This document shows, piece by piece, positions 8,564 to 24,100 of a stretch of 64,000 nucleotides of DNA. The translations under genes and the position numbers were made by a program. The DNA lies in contig CDRNVI010000192.1 in the NCBI GenBank assembly GCA_977017575.1, forward strand, positions 45,520 to 109,519, given 5' to 3'. Positions within the stretch are counted from its first letter, which is position 1; every line of letters begins with the position of its first letter. The stretch comes from Paramoeba atlantica. Its lineage: Eukaryota > Protista > Discosea. The notes beneath the pieces were generated by a model that ran no database searches, was not told the DNA's origin, and was given only the letters and a program-made list of their open reading frames with translations.

Positions 8564-11500
8564 TTACACGTAAACTTTATGCGTAAAAGTGCAGTATATG
8601 CTAAAGATGTATTCAAGATTGCACTGGTTGGTGCGTGCATGAAACACGTTAACCACTGCACACTTCCTAAAATTCTTTTCGTAAACTCTTAGAATTTCAT
8701 TTTGTGTGAATATCGTACTTTGTAGAGATCCTATATAAAGTATACGCCCATTCAGGGTAAGGTTTACAATAACTATCAAAACATATAGTTGCAGAATAGA
8801 ATGATATCAACATTCGTTTTGTCGACCTATAATATAAACTACCTAAATCAAAACTATACGATAGGGCATCGCGCCTGGCCGGCGCCACCACCCTCTCGCT
8901 ACTAACTTTCCACCCCTTTCGCGTTATCAGGGTCTGCCTCGGCATAACGAAGTCGGCTGATTTTGTCCGCAGGGTTACTTTTCGTGCTCACGTACCGCGC
9001 ATCTACGGCAATTCCTTGCTTTTTAATTACATTCAAAACCTTTTCAAGTTCGTCAGAAACGCCGGAAGATTTCGATATTTTCCTATTAAATTATCGAAGT
9101 AAAGCAAAAATTATCGAAGTAAAGTGAAGAAAATATTGTCCTAAGAATCTTCTTCTAAGAAATATTATATGAAATAACGAAACAAAAGTACATTACACGT
9201 AAACTTTATGCGTAAAAGTGCAGTATATGCTAAAGATGTATTCAAGATTGCACTGGTTGGTGCGTGCATGAAACACGTTAACCACTGCACACTTCCTAAA
9301 ATTCTTTTCGTAAACTCTTAGAATTTCATTTTGTGTGAATATCGTACTTTGTAGAGATCCTATATAAGTATACGCCCATTCAGGGTAAGGTTTACAATAA
9401 CTATCAAAACATATAGTTGCAGAATAGAATGATATCAACATTCGTTTTGTCGACCTATAATATAAACTACCTAAATCAAAACTATACGATAGGGCATCGC
9501 GCCTGGCCGGCGCCACCACCCTCTCGCTACTAACTTTCCACCCCTTTCGCGTTATCAGGGTCTGCCTCGGCATAACGAAGTCGGCTGATTTTGTCCGCAG
9601 GGTTACTTTTCGTGCTCACGTACCGCGCATCTACGGCAATTCCTTGCTTTTTAATTACATTCAAAACTTTTTCAAGTTCGTCAGAAACGCCGGAAGATTT
9701 CGATATTTTCCTATTAAATTATCGAAGTAAAGCAAAAATTATCGAAGTAAAGTGAAGAAAATATTGTCCTAAGAATCTTCTTCTAAGAAATATTATATGA
9801 AATAACGAAACAAAAGTACATTACACGTAAACTTTATGCGTAAAAGTGCAGTATATGCTAAAGATGTATTCAAGATTGCACTGGTTGGTGCGTGCATGAA
9901 ACACGTTAACCACTGCACACTTCCTAAAATTCTTTTCGTAAACTCTTAGAATTTCATTTTGTGTGAATATCGTACTTTGTAGAGATCCTATATAAGTATA
10001 CGCCCATTCAGGGTAAGGTTTACAATAACTATCAAAACATATAGTTGCAGAATAGAATGATATCAACATTCGTTTTGTCGACCTATAATATAAACTACCT
10101 AAATCAAAACTATAGGATAGGGCATCGCGCCTGGCCGGCGCCACCACCCTCTCGCTACTAACTTTCCACCCCTTTCGCGTTATCAGGGTCTGCCTCGGCA
10201 TAACGAAGTCGGCTGATTTTGTCCGCAGGGTTACTTTTCGTGCTCACGTACCGCGCATCTACGGCAATTCCTTGCTTTTTAATTACATTCAAAACCTTTT
10301 CAAGTTCGTCAGAAACGCCGGAAGATTTCGATATTTTCCTATTAAATTATCGAAGTAAAGCAAAAATTATCGAAGTAAAGTGAAGAAAATATTGTCCTAA
10401 GAATCTTCTTCTAAGAAATATTATATGAAATAACGAAACAAAAGTACATTACACGTAAACTTTATGCGTAAAAGTGCAGTATATGCTAAAGATGTATTCA
10501 AGATTGCACTGGTTGGTGCGTGCATGAAACACGTTAACCACTGCACACTTCCTAAAATTCTTTTCGTAAACTCTTAGAATTTCATTTTGTGTGAATATCG
10601 TACTTTGTAGAGATCCTATATAAAGTATACGCCCATTCAGGAAAGGTTTACAATAACTATCAAAACATATAGTTGCAGAATAGAATGATATCAACATTCG
10701 TTTTGTCGACCTATAATATAAACTACCTAAATCAAAACTATACGATAGGGCATCGCGCCTGGCCGGCGCCACCACCCTCTCGCTACTAACTTTCCACCCC
10801 TTTCGCGTTATCAGGGTCTGCCTCGGCATAACGAAGTCGGCTGATTTTGTCCGCAGGGTTACTTTTCGTGCTCACGTACCGCGCATCTACGGCAATTCCT
10901 TGCTTTTTAATTACATTCAAAACCTTTTCAAGTTCGTCAGAAACGCCGGAAGATTTCGATATTTTCCTATTAAATTATCGAAGTAAAGCAAAAATTATCG
11001 AAGTAAAGTGAAGAAAATATTGTCCTAAGAATCTTCTTCTAAGAAATATTATATGAAATAACGAAACAAAAGTACATTACACGTAAACTTTATGCGTAAA
11101 AGTGCAGTATATGCTAAAGATGTATTCAAGATTGCACTGGTTGGTGCGTGCATGAAACACGTTAACCACTGCACACTTCCTAAAATTCTTTTCGTAAACT
11201 CTTAGAATTTCATTTTGTGTGAATATCGTACTTTGTAGAGATCCTATATAAAGTATACGCCCATTCAGGGTAAGGTTTACAATAACTATCAAAACATATA
11301 GTTGCAGAATAGAATGATATCAACATTCGTTTTGTCGACCTATAATATAAACTACCTAAATCAAAACTATACGATAGGGCATCGCGCCTGGCCGGCGCCA
11401 CCACCCTCTCGCTACTAACTTTCCACCCCTTTCGCGTTATCAGGGTCTGCCTCGGCATAACGAAGTCGGCTGATTTTGTCCGCAGGGTTACTTTTCGTGC

Positions 11501-14500
11501 TCACGTACCGCGCATCTACGGCAATTCCTTGCTTTTTAATTACATTCAAAACCTTTTCAAGTTCGTCAGAAACGCCGGAAGATTTCGATATTTTCCTATT
11601 AAATTATCGAAGTGAAGCAAAAATTATCGAAGTAAAGTGAAGAAAATATTGTCCTAAGAATCTTCTTCTAAGAAATATTATATGAAATAACGAAACAAAA
11701 GTACATTACACGTAAACTTTATGCGTAAAAGTGCAGTATATGCTAAAGATGTATTCAAGATTGCACTGGTTGGTGCGTGCATGAAACACGTTAACCACTG
11801 CACACTTCCTAAAATTCTTTTCGTAAACTCTTAGAATTTCATTTTGTGTGAATATCGTACTTTGTAGAGATCCTATATAAAGTATACGCCCATTCAGGGT
11901 AAGGTTTACAATAACTATCAAAACATATAGTTGCAGAATAGAATGATATCAACATTCGTTTTGTCGACCTATAATATAAACTACCTAAATCAAAACTATA
12001 CGATAGGGCATCGCGCCTGGCCGGCGCCACCACCCTCTCGCTACTAACTTTCCACCCCTTTCGCGTTATCAGGGTCTGCCTCGGCATAACGAAGTCGGCT
12101 GATTTTGTCCGCAGGGTTACTTTTCGTGCTCACGTACCGCGCATCTACGGCAATTCCTTGCTTTTTAATTACATTCAAAACCTTTTCAAGTTCGTCAGAA
12201 ACGCCGGAAGATTTCGATATTTTCCTATTAAATTATCGAAGTAAAGCAAAAATTATCGAAGTAAAGTGAAGAAAATATTGTCCTAAGAATCTTCTTCTAA
12301 GAAATATTATATGAAATAACGAAACAAAAGTACATTACACGTAAACTTTATGCGTAAAAGTGCAGTATATGCTAAAGATGTATTCAAGATTGCACTGGTT
12401 GGTGCGTGCATGAAACACGTTAACCACTGCACACTTCCTAAAATTCTTTTCGTAAACTCTTAGAATTTCATTTTGTGTGAATATCGTACTTTGTAGAGAT
12501 CCTATATAAGTATACGCCCATTCAGGGTAAGGTTTACAATAACTATCAAAACATATAGTTGCAGAATAGAATGATATCAACATTCGTTTTGTCGACCTAT
12601 AATATAAACTACCTAAATCAAAACTATACGATAGGGCATCGCGCCTGGCCGGCGCCACCACCCTCTCGCTACTAACTTTCCACCCCTTTCGCGTTATCAG
12701 GGTCTGCCTCGGCATAACGAAGTCGGCTGATTTTGTCCGCAGGGTTACTTTTCGTGCTCACGTACCGCGCATCTACGGCAATTCCTTGCTTTTTAATTAC
12801 ATTCAAAACTTTTTCAAGTTCGTCAGAAACGCCGGAAGATTTCGATATTTTCCTATTAAATTATCGAAGTAAAGCAAAAATTATCGAAGTAAAGTGAAGA
12901 AAATATTGTCCTAAGAATCTTCTTCTAAGAAATATTATATGAAATAACGAAACAAAAGTACATTACACGTAAACTTTATGCGTAAAAGTGCAGTATATGC
13001 TAAAGATGTATTCAAGATTGCACTGGTTGGTGCGTGCATGAAACACGTTAACCACTGCACACTTCCTAAAATTCTTTTCGTAAACTCTTAGAATTTCATT
13101 TTGTGTGAATATCGTACTTTGTAGAGATCCTATATAAGTATACGCCCATTCAGGGTAAGGTTTACAATAACTATCAAAACATATAGTTGCAGAATAGAAT
13201 GATATCAACATTCGTTTTGTCGACCTATAATATAAACTACCTAAATCAAAACTATAGGATAGGGCATCGCGCCTGGCCGGCGCCACCACCCTCTCGCTAC
13301 TAACTTTCCACCCCTTTCGCGTTATCAGGGTCTGCCTCGGCATAACGAAGTCGGCTGATTTTGTCCGCAGGGTTACTTTTCGTGCTCACGTACCGCGCAT
13401 CTACGGCAATTCCTTGCTTTTTAATTACATTCAAAACCTTTTCAAGTTCGTCAGAAACGCCGGAAGATTTCGATATTTTCCTATTAAATTATCGAAGTAA
13501 AGCAAAAATTATCGAAGTAAAGTGAAGAAAATATTGTCCTAAGAATCTTCTTCTAAGAAATATTATATGAAATAACGAAACAAAAGTACATTACACGTAA
13601 ACTTTATGCGTAAAAGTGCAGTATATGCTAAAGATGTATTCAAGATTGCACTGGTTGGTGCGTGCATGAAACACGTTAACCACTGCACACTTCCTAAAAT
13701 TCTTTTCGTAAACTCTTAGAATTTCATTTTGTGTGAATATCGTACTTTGTAGAGATCCTATATAAAGTATACGCCCATTCAGGAAAGGTTTACAATAACT
13801 ATCAAAACATATAGTTGCAGAATAGAATGATATCAACATTCGTTTTGTCGACCTATAATATAAACTACCTAAATCAAAACTATACGATAGGGCATCGCGC
13901 CTGGCCGGCGCCACCACCCTCTCGCTACTAACTTTCCACCCCTTTCGCGTTATCAGGGTCTGCCTCGGCATAACGAAGTCGGCTGATTTTGTCCGCAGGG
14001 TTACTTTTCGTGCTCACGTACCGCGCATCTACGGCAATTCCTTGCTTTTTAATTACATTCAAAACCTTTTCAAGTTCGTCAGAAACGCCGGAAGATTTCG
14101 ATATTTTCCTATTAAATTATCGAAGTAAAGCAAAAATTATCGAAGTAAAGTGAAGAAAATATTGTCCTAAGAATCTTCTTCTAAGAAATATTATATGAAA
14201 TAACGAAACAAAAGTACATTACACGTAAACTTTATGCGTAAAAGTGCAGTATATGCTAAAGATGTATTCAAGATTGCACTGGTTGGTGCGTGCATGAAAC
14301 ACGTTAACCACTGCACACTTCCTAAAATTCTTTTCGTAAACTCTTAGAATTTCATTTTGTGTGAATATCGTACTTTGTAGAGATCCTATATAAAGTATAC
14401 GCCCATTCAGGGTAAGGTTTACAATAACTATCAAAACATATAGTTGCAGAATAGAATGATATCAACATTCGTTTTGTCGACCTATAATATAAACTACCTA

Positions 14501-14662
14501 AATCAAAACTATACGATAGGGCATCGCGCCTGGCCGGCGCCACCACCCTCTCGCTACTAACTTTCCACCCCTTTCGCGTTATCAGGGTCTGCCTCGGCAT
14601 AACGAAGTCGGCTGATTTTGTCCGCAGGGTTACTTTTCGTGCTCACGTACCGCGCATCTACG
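8472..14662. repeat. Higher-order duplication, 5-monomer period (3142 bp)
   Basis: Shared variants at 8472/11614, 9668/12810, 10115/13257 and 10641/13783, all exactly 3142 apart. Confidence 0.95.
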
Positions 14663-17600
14663 TCAATTCCTTGCTTTTTAATTACATTCAAAACCTTTTC
14701 AAGTTCGTCAGAAACGCCGGAAGATGTCGATATTTTCCTATTAAATTATCGAAGTAAAGCAAAAATTATCGAAGTAAAGTGAAGAAAATATTGTCCTAAG
14801 AATCTTCTTCTAAGAAATATTATATGAAATAACGAAACAAAAGTACATTACACGTAAACTTTATGCGTAAAAGTGCAGTATATGCTAAAGATGTATTCAA
14901 GATTGCACTGGTTGGTGCGTGCATGAAACACGTTAACCACTGCACACTTCCTAAAATTCTTTTCGTAAACTCTTAGAATTTCATTTTGTGTGAATATCGT
15001 ACTTTGTAGAGATCCTATATAAAGTATACGCCCATTCAGGGTAAGGTTTACAATAACTATCAAAACATATAGTTGCAGAATAGAATGATATCAACATTCT
15101 TTTTGTCGACCTATAATATAAACTACCTAAATCAAAACTATACGATAGGGCATCGCGCCTGGCCGGCGCCACCACCCTCTCGCTACTAACTTTCCACCCC
15201 TTTCGCGTTATCAGGGTCTGCCTCGGCATAACGAAGTCGGCTGATTTTGTCCGCAGGGTTACTTTTCGTGCTCACGTACCGCGCATCTACGGCAATTCCT
15301 TGCTTTTTAATTACATTCAAAACCTTTTCAAGTTCGTCAGAAACGCCGGAAGATTTCGATATTTTCCTATTAAATTATCGAAGTAAAGCAAAAATTATCG
15401 AAGTAAAGTGAAGAAAATATTGTCCTAAGAATCTTCTTCTAAGAAATATTATATGAAATAACGAAACAAAAGTACATTACACGTAAACTTTATGCGTAAA
15501 AGTGCAGTATATGCTAAAGATGTATTCAAGATTGCACTGGTTGGTGCGTGCATGAAACACGTTAACCACTGCACACTTCCTAAAATTCTTTTCGTAAACT
15601 CTTAGAATTTCATTTTGTGTGAATATCGTACTTTGTAGAGATCCTATATAAAGTATACGCCCATTCAGGGTAAGGTTTACAATAACTATCAAAACATATA
15701 GTTGCAGAATAGAATGATATCAACATTCGTTTTGTCGACCTATAATATAAACTACCTAAATCAAAACTATACGATAGGGCATCGCGCCTGGCCGGCGCCA
15801 CCACCCTCTCGCTACTAACTTTCCACCCCTTTCGCGTTATCAGGGTCTGCCTCGGCATAACGAAGTCGGCTGATTTTGTCCGCAGGGTTACTTTTCGTGC
15901 TCACGTACCGCGCATCTACGGCAATTCCTTGCTTTTTAATTACATTCAAAACCTTTTCAAGTTCGTCAGAAACGCCGGAAGATTTCGATATTTTCCTATT
16001 AAATTATCGAAGTAAAGCAAAAATTATCGAAGTAAAGTGAAGAAAATATTGTCCTAAGAATCTTCTTCTAAGAAATATTATATGAAATAACGAAACAAAA
16101 GTACATTACACGTAAACTTTATGCGTAAAAGTGCAGTATATGCTAAAGATGTATTCAAGATTGCACTGGTTGGTGCGTGCATGAAACACGTTAACCACTG
16201 CACACTTCCTAAAATTCTTTTCGTAAACTCTTAGAATTTCATTTTGTGTGAATATCGTACCTTGTAGAGATCCTATATAAGTATACGCCCATTCAGGGTA
16301 AGGTTTACAATAACTATCAAAACATATAGTTGCAGAATAGAATGATATCAACATTCGTTTTGTCGACCTATAATATAAACTACCTAAATCAAAACTATAC
16401 GATAGGGCATCGCGCCTGGCCGGCGCCACCACCCTCTCGCTACTAACTTTCCACCCCTTTCGCGTTATCAGGGTCTGCCTCGGCATAACGAAGTCGGCTG
16501 ATTTTGTCCGCAGGGTTACTTTTCGTGCTCACGTACCGCGCATCTACGGCAATTCCTTGCTTTTTAATTACATTCAAAACCTTTTCAAGTTCGTCAGAAA
16601 CGCCGGAAGATTTCGATATTTTCCTATTAAATTATCGAAGTAAAGCAAAAATTATCGAAGTAAAGTGAAGAAAATATTGTCCTAAGAATCTTCTTCTAAG
16701 AAATATTATATGAAATAACGAAACAAAAGTACATTACACGTAAACTTTATGCGTAAAAGTGCAGTATATGCTAAAGATGTATTCAAGATTGCACTGGTTG
16801 GTGCGTGCATGAAACACGTTAACCACTGCACACTTCCTAAAATTCTTTTCGTAAACTCTTAGAATTTCATTTTGTGTGAATATCGTACCTTGTAGAGATC
16901 CTATATAAGTATACGCCCATTCAGGGTAAGGTTTACAATAACTATCAAAACATATAGTTGCAGAATAGAATGATATCAACATTCGTTTTGTCGACCTATA
17001 ATATAAACTACCTAAATCAAAACTATAGGATAGGGCATCGCGCCTGGCCGGCGCCACCACCCTCTCGCTACTAACTTTCCACCCCTTTCGCGTTATCAGG
17101 GTCTGCCTCGGCATAACGAAGTCGGCTGATTTTGTCCGCAGGGTTACTTTTCGTGCTCACGTACCGCGCATCTACGGCAATTCCTTGCTTTTTAATTACA
17201 TTCAAAACCTTTTCAAGTTCGTCAGAAACGCCGGAAGATTTCGATATTTTCCTATTAAATTATCGAAGTAAAGCAAAAATTATCGAAGTAAAGTGAAGAA
17301 AATATTGTCCTAAGAATCTTCTTCTAAGAAATATTATATGAAATAACGAAACAAAAGTACATTACACGTAAACTTTATGCGTAAAAGTGCAGTATATGCT
17401 AAAGATGTATTCAAGATTGCACTGGTTGGTGCGTGCATGAAACACGTTAACCACTGCACACTTCCTAAAATTCTTTTCGTAAACTCTTAGAATTTCATTT
17501 TGTGTGAATATCGTACTTTGTAGAGATCCTATATAAAGTATACGCCCATTCAGGGTAAGGTTTACAATAACTATCAAAACATATAGTTGCAGAATAGAAT

Positions 17601-20600
17601 GATATCAACATTCGTTTTGTCGACCTATAATATAAACTACCTAAATCAAAACTATACGATAGGGCATCGCGCCTGGCCGGCGCCACCACCCTCTCGCTAC
17701 TAACTTTCCACCCCTTTCGCGTTATCAGGGTCTGCCTCGGCATAACGAAGTCGGCTGATTTTGTCCGCAGGGTTACTTTTCGTGCTCACGTACCGCGCAT
17801 CTACGGCAATTCCTTGCTTTTTAATTACATTCAAAACCTTTTCAAGTTCGTCAGAAACGCCGGAAGATTTCGATATTTTCCTATTAAATTATCGAAGTAA
17901 AGCAAAAATTATCGAAGTAAAGTGAAGAAAATATTGTCCTAAGAATCTTCTTCTAAGAAATATTATATGAAATAACGAAACAAAAGTACATTACACGTAA
18001 ACTTTATGCGTAAAAGTGCAGTATATGCTAAAGATGTATTCAAGATTGCACTGGTTGGTGCGTGCATGAAACACGTTAACCACTGCACACTTCCTAAAAT
18101 TCTTTTCGTAAACTCTTAGAATTTCATTTTGTGTGAATATCGTACTTTGTAGAGATCCTATATAAAGTATACGCCCATTCAGGGTAAGGTTTACAATAAC
18201 TATCAAAACATATAGTTGCAGAATAGAATGATATCAACATTCGTTTTGTCGACCTATAATATAAACTACCTAAATCAAAACTATACGATAGGGCATCGCG
18301 CCTGGCCGGCGCCACCACCCTCTCGCTACTAACTTTCCACCCCTTTCGCGTTATCAGGGTCTGCCTCGGCATAACGAAGTCGGCTGATTTTGTCCGCAGG
18401 GTTACTTTTCGTGCTCACGTACCGCGCATCTACGTCAATTCCTTGCTTTTTAATTACATTCAAAACCTTTTCAAGTTCGTCAGAAACGCCGGAAGATGTC
18501 GATATTTTCCTATTAAATTATCGAAGTAAAGCAAAAATTATCGAAGTAAAGTGAAGAAAATATTGTCCTAAGAATCTTCTTCTAAGAAATATTATATGAA
18601 ATAACGAAACAAAAGTACATTACACGTAAACTTTATGCGTAAAAGTGCAGTATATGCTAAAGATGTATTCAAGATTGCACTGGTTGGTGCGTGCATGAAA
18701 CACGTTAACCACTGCACACTTCCTAAAATTCTTTTCGTAAACTCTTAGAATTTCATTTTGTGTGAATATCGTACTTTGTAGAGATCCTATATAAAGTATA
18801 CGCCCATTCAGGGTAAGGTTTACAATAACTATCAAAACATATAGTTGCAGAATAGAATGATATCAACATTCGTTTTGTCGACCTATAATATAAACTACCT
18901 AAATCAAAACTATACGATAGGGCATCGCGCCTGGCCGGCGCCACCACCCTCTCGCTACTAACTTTCCACCCCTTTCGCGTTATCAGGGTCTGCCTCGGCA
19001 TAACGAAGTCGGCTGATTTTGTCCGCAGGGTTACTTTTCGTGCTCACGTACCGCGCATCTACGGCAATTCCTTGCTTTTTAATTACATTCAAAACCTTTT
19101 CAAGTTCGTCAGAAACGCCGGAAGATTTCGATATTTTCCTATTAAATTATCGAAGTAAAGCAAAAATTATCGAAGTAAAGTGAAGAAAATATTGTCCTAA
19201 GAATCTTCTTCTAAGAAATATTATATGAAATAACGAAACAAAAGTACATTACACGTAAACTTTATGCGTAAAAGTGCAGTATATGCTAAAGATGTATTCA
19301 AGATTGCACTGGTTGGTGCGTGCATGAAACACGTTAACCACTGCACACTTCCTAAAATTCTTTTCGTAAACTCTTAGAATTTCATTTTGTGTGAATATCG
19401 TACCTTGTAGAGATCCTATATAAGTATACGCCCATTCAGGGTAAGGTTTACAATAACTATCAAAACATATAGTTGCAGAATAGAATGATATCAACATTCG
19501 TTTTGTCGACCTATAATATAAACTACCTAAATCAAAACTATACGATAGGGCATCGCGCCTGGCCGGCGCCACCACCCTCTCGCTACTAACTTTCCACCCC
19601 TTTCGCGTTATCAGGGTCTGCCTCGGCATAACGAAGTCGGCTGATTTTGTCCGCAGGGTTACTTTTCGTGCTCACGTACCGCGCATCTACGGCAATTCCT
19701 TGCTTTTTAATTACATTCAAAACCTTTTCAAGTTCGTCAGAAACGCCGGAAGATTTCGATATTTTCCTATTAAATTATCGAAGTAAAGCAAAAATTATCG
19801 AAGTAAAGTGAAGAAAATATTGTCCTAAGAATCTTCTTCTAAGAAATATTATATGAAATAACGAAACAAAAGTACATTACACGTAAACTTTATGCGTAAA
19901 AGTGCAGTATATGCTAAAGATGTATTCAAGATTGCACTGGTTGGTGCGTGCATGAAACACGTTAACCACTGCACACTTCCTAAAATTCTTTTCGTAAACT
20001 CTTAGAATTTCATTTTGTGTGAATATCGTACCTTGTAGAGATCCTATATAAGTATACGCCCATTCAGGGTAAGGTTTACAATAACTATCAAAACATATAG
20101 TTGCAGAATAGAATGATATCAACATTCGTTTTGTCGACCTATAATATAAACTACCTAAATCAAAACTATAGGATAGGGCATCGCGCCTGGCCGGCGCCAC
20201 CACCCTCTCGCTACTAACTTTCCACCCCTTTCGCGTTATCAGGGTCTGCCTCGGCATAACGAAGTCGGCTGATTTTGTCCGCAGGGTTACTTTTCGTGCT
20301 CACGTACCGCGCATCTACGGCAATTCCTTGCTTTTTAATTACATTCAAAACCTTTTCAAGTTCGTCAGAAACGCCGGAAGATTTCGATATTTTCCTATTA
20401 AATTATCGAAGTAAAGCAAAAATTATCGAAGTAAAGTGAAGAAAATATTGTCCTAAGAATCTTCTTCTAAGAAATATTATATGAAATAACGAAACAAAAG
20501 TACATTACACGTAAACTTTATGCGTAAAAGTGCAGTATATGCTAAAGATGTATTCAAGATTGCACTGGTTGGTGCGTGCATGAAACACGTTAACCACTGC

Positions 20601-20886
20601 ACACTTCCTAAAATTCTTTTCGTAAACTCTTAGAATTTCATTTTGTGTGAATATCGTACTTTGTAGAGATCCTATATAAAGTATACGCCCATTCAGGGTA
20701 AGGTTTACAATAACTATCAAAACATATAGTTGCAGAATAGAATGATATCAACATTCGTTTTGTCGACCTATAATATAAACTACCTAAATCAAAACTATAC
20801 GATAGGGCATCGCGCCTGGCCGGCGCCACCACCCTCTCGCTACTAACTTTCCACCCCTTTCGCGTTATCAGGGTCTGCATCGGCAT
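14663..20886. repeat. Higher-order duplication with a one-monomer indel (6- then 5-monomer offset)
   Basis: 14663/18435 and 14726/18498 are 3772 apart. 17028/20171 and the GTACCTT monomers (16106/19249, 16734/19877) are 3143 apart. Confidence 0.85.
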
Positions 20887-21133
20887 AACGAAGTCGGCTG
20901 ATTTTGTCCGCAGGGTTACTTTTCGTGCTCACGTACCGCGCATCTACGGCAATTCCTTGCTTTTTAATTACATTCAAAACCTTTTCAAGTTCGTCAGAAA
21001 CGCCGGAAGATTTCGATATTTTCCTATTAAATTATCGAAGTAAAGCAAAAATTATCGAAGTAAAGTGAAGAAAATATTGTCCTAAGAATCTTCTTCTAAG
21101 AAATATTATATGAAATAACGAAACAAAAGTACA

Positions 21134-24100
21134 TTACACGTAAACTTTATGCGTAAAAGTGCAGTATATGCTAAAGATGTATTCAAGATTGCACTGGTTG
21201 GTGCGTGCATGAAACACGTTAACCACTGCACACTTCCTAAAATTCTTTTCGTAAACTCTTAGAATTTCATTTTGTGTGAATATCGTACCTTGTAGAGATC
21301 CTATATAAGTATACGCCCATTCAGGGTAAGGTTTACAATAACTATCAAAACATATAGTTGCAGAATAGAATGATATCAACATTCGTTTTGTCGACCTATA
21401 ATATAAACTACCTAAATCAAAACTATACGATAGGGCATCGCGCCTGGCCGGCGCCACCACCCTCTCGCTACTAACTTTCCACCCCTTTCGCGTTATCAGG
21501 GTCTGCCTCGGCATAACGAAGTCGGCTGATTTTGTCCGCAGGGTTACTTTTCGTGCTCACGTACCGCGCATCTACGGCAATTCCTTGCTTTTTAATTACA
21601 TTCAAAACCTTTTCAAGTTCGTCAGAAACGCCGGAAGATTTCGATGTTTTCCTATTAAATTATCGAAGTAAAGCAAAAATTATCGAAGTAAAGTGAAGAA
21701 AATATTGTCCTAAGAATCTTCTTCTAAGAAATATTATATGAAATAACGAAACAAAAGTACATTACACGTAAACTTTATGCGTAAAAGCGCAGTATATGCT
21801 AAAGATGTATTCAAGATTGCACTGGTTGGTGCGTGCATGAAACACGTTAACCACTGCACACTTCCTAAAATTCTTTTCGTAAACTCTTAGAATTTCATTT
21901 TGTGTGAATATCGTACTTTGTAGAGATCCTATATAAAGTATACGCCCATTCAGGGTAAGGTTTACAATAACTATCAAAACATATAGTTGCAGAATAGAAT
22001 GATATCAACATTCGTTTTGTCGACCTATAATATAAACTACCTAAATCAAAACTATACGATAGGGCATCGCGCCTGGCCGGCGCCACCACCCTCTCGCTAC
22101 TAACTTTCCACCCCTTTCGCGTTATCAGGGTCTGCCTCGGCATAACGAAGTCGGCTGATTTTGTCCGCAGGGTTACTTTTCGTGCTCACGTACCGCGCAT
22201 CTACGGCAATTCCTTGCTTTTTAATTACATTCAAAACCTTTTCAAGTTCGTCAGAAACGCCGGAAGATTTCGATATTTTCCTATTAAATTATCGAAGTAA
22301 AGCAAAAATTATCGAAGTAAAGTGAAGAAAATATTGTCCTAAGAATCTTCTTCTAAGAAATATTATATGAAATAACGAAACAAAAGTACATTACACGTAA
22401 ACTTTATGCGTAAAAGTGCAGTATATGCTAAAGATGTATTCAAGATTGCACTGGTTGGTGCGTGCATGAAACACGTTAACCACTGCACACTTCCTAAAAT
22501 TCTTTTCGTAAACTCTTAGAATTTCATTTTGTGTGAATATCGTACTTTGTAGAGATCCTATATAAGTATACGCCCATTCAGGGTAAGGTTTACAATAACT
22601 ATCAAAACATATAGTTGCAGAATAGAATGATATCAACATTCGTTTTGTCGACCTATAATATAAACTACCTAAATCAAAACTATACGATAGGGCATCGCGC
22701 CTGGCCGGCGCCACCACCCTCTCGCTACTAACTTTCCACCCCTTTCGCGTTATCAGGGTCTGCCTCGGCATAACGAAGTCGGCTGATTTTGTCCGCAGGG
22801 TTACTTTTCGTGCTCACGTACCGCGCATCTACGGCAATTCCTTGCTTTTTAATTACATTCAAAACCTTTTCAAGTTCGTCAGAAACGGCGGAAGATTTCG
22901 ATATTTTCCTATTAAATTATCGAAGTAAAGCAAAAATTATCGAAGTAAAGTGAAGAAAATATTGTCCTAAGAATCTTCTTCTAAGAAATATTATATGAAA
23001 TAACGAAACAAAAGTACATTACACGTAAACTTTATGCGTAAAAGTGCAGTATATGCTAAAGATGTATTCAAGATTGCACTGGTTGGTGCGTGCATGAAAC
23101 ACGTTAACCACTGCACACTTCCTAAAATTCTTTTCGTAAACTCTTAGAATTTCATTTTGTGTGAATATCGTACTTTGTAGAGATCCTATATAAAGTATAC
23201 GCCCATTCAGGGTAAGGTTTACAATAACTATCAAAACATATAGTTGCAGAATAGAATGATATCAACATTCGTTTTGTCGACCTATAATATAAACTACCTA
23301 AATCAAAACTATACGATAGGGCATCGCGCCTGGCCGGCGCCACCACCCTCTCGCTACTAACTTTCCACCCCTTTCGCGTTATCAGGGTCTGCCTCGGCAT
23401 AACGAAGTCGGCTGATTTTGTCCGCAGGGTTACTTTTCGTGCTCACGTACCGCGCATCTACGGCAATTCCTTGCTTTTTAATTACATTCAAAACCTTTTC
23501 AAGTTCGTCAGAAACGCCGGAAGATTTCGATATTTTCCTATTAAATTATCGAAGTAAAGCAAAAATTATCGAAGTAAAGTGAAGAAAATATTGTCCTAAG
23601 AATCTTCTTCTAAGAAATATTATATGAAATAACGAAACAAAAGTACATTACACGTAAACTTTATGCGTAAAAGTGCAGTATATGCTAAAGATGTATTCAA
23701 GATTGCACTGGTTGGTGCGTGCATGAAACACGTTAACCACTGCACACTTCCTAAAATTCTTTTCGTAAACTCTTAGAATTTCATTTTGTGTGAATATCGT
23801 ACCTTGTAGAGATCCTATATAAGTATACGCCCATTCAGGGTAAGGTTTACAATAACTATCAAAACATATAGTTGCAGAATAGAATGATATCAACATTCGT
23901 TTTGTCGACCTATAATATAAACTACCTAAATCAAAACTATACGATAGGGCATCGCGCCTGGCCGGCGCCACCACCCTCTCGCTACTAACTTTCCACCCCT
24001 TTCGCGTTATCAGGGTCTGCCTCGGCATAACGAAGTCGGCTGATTTTGTCCGCAGGGTTACTTTTCGTGCTCACGTACCGCGCATCTACGGCAATTCCTT

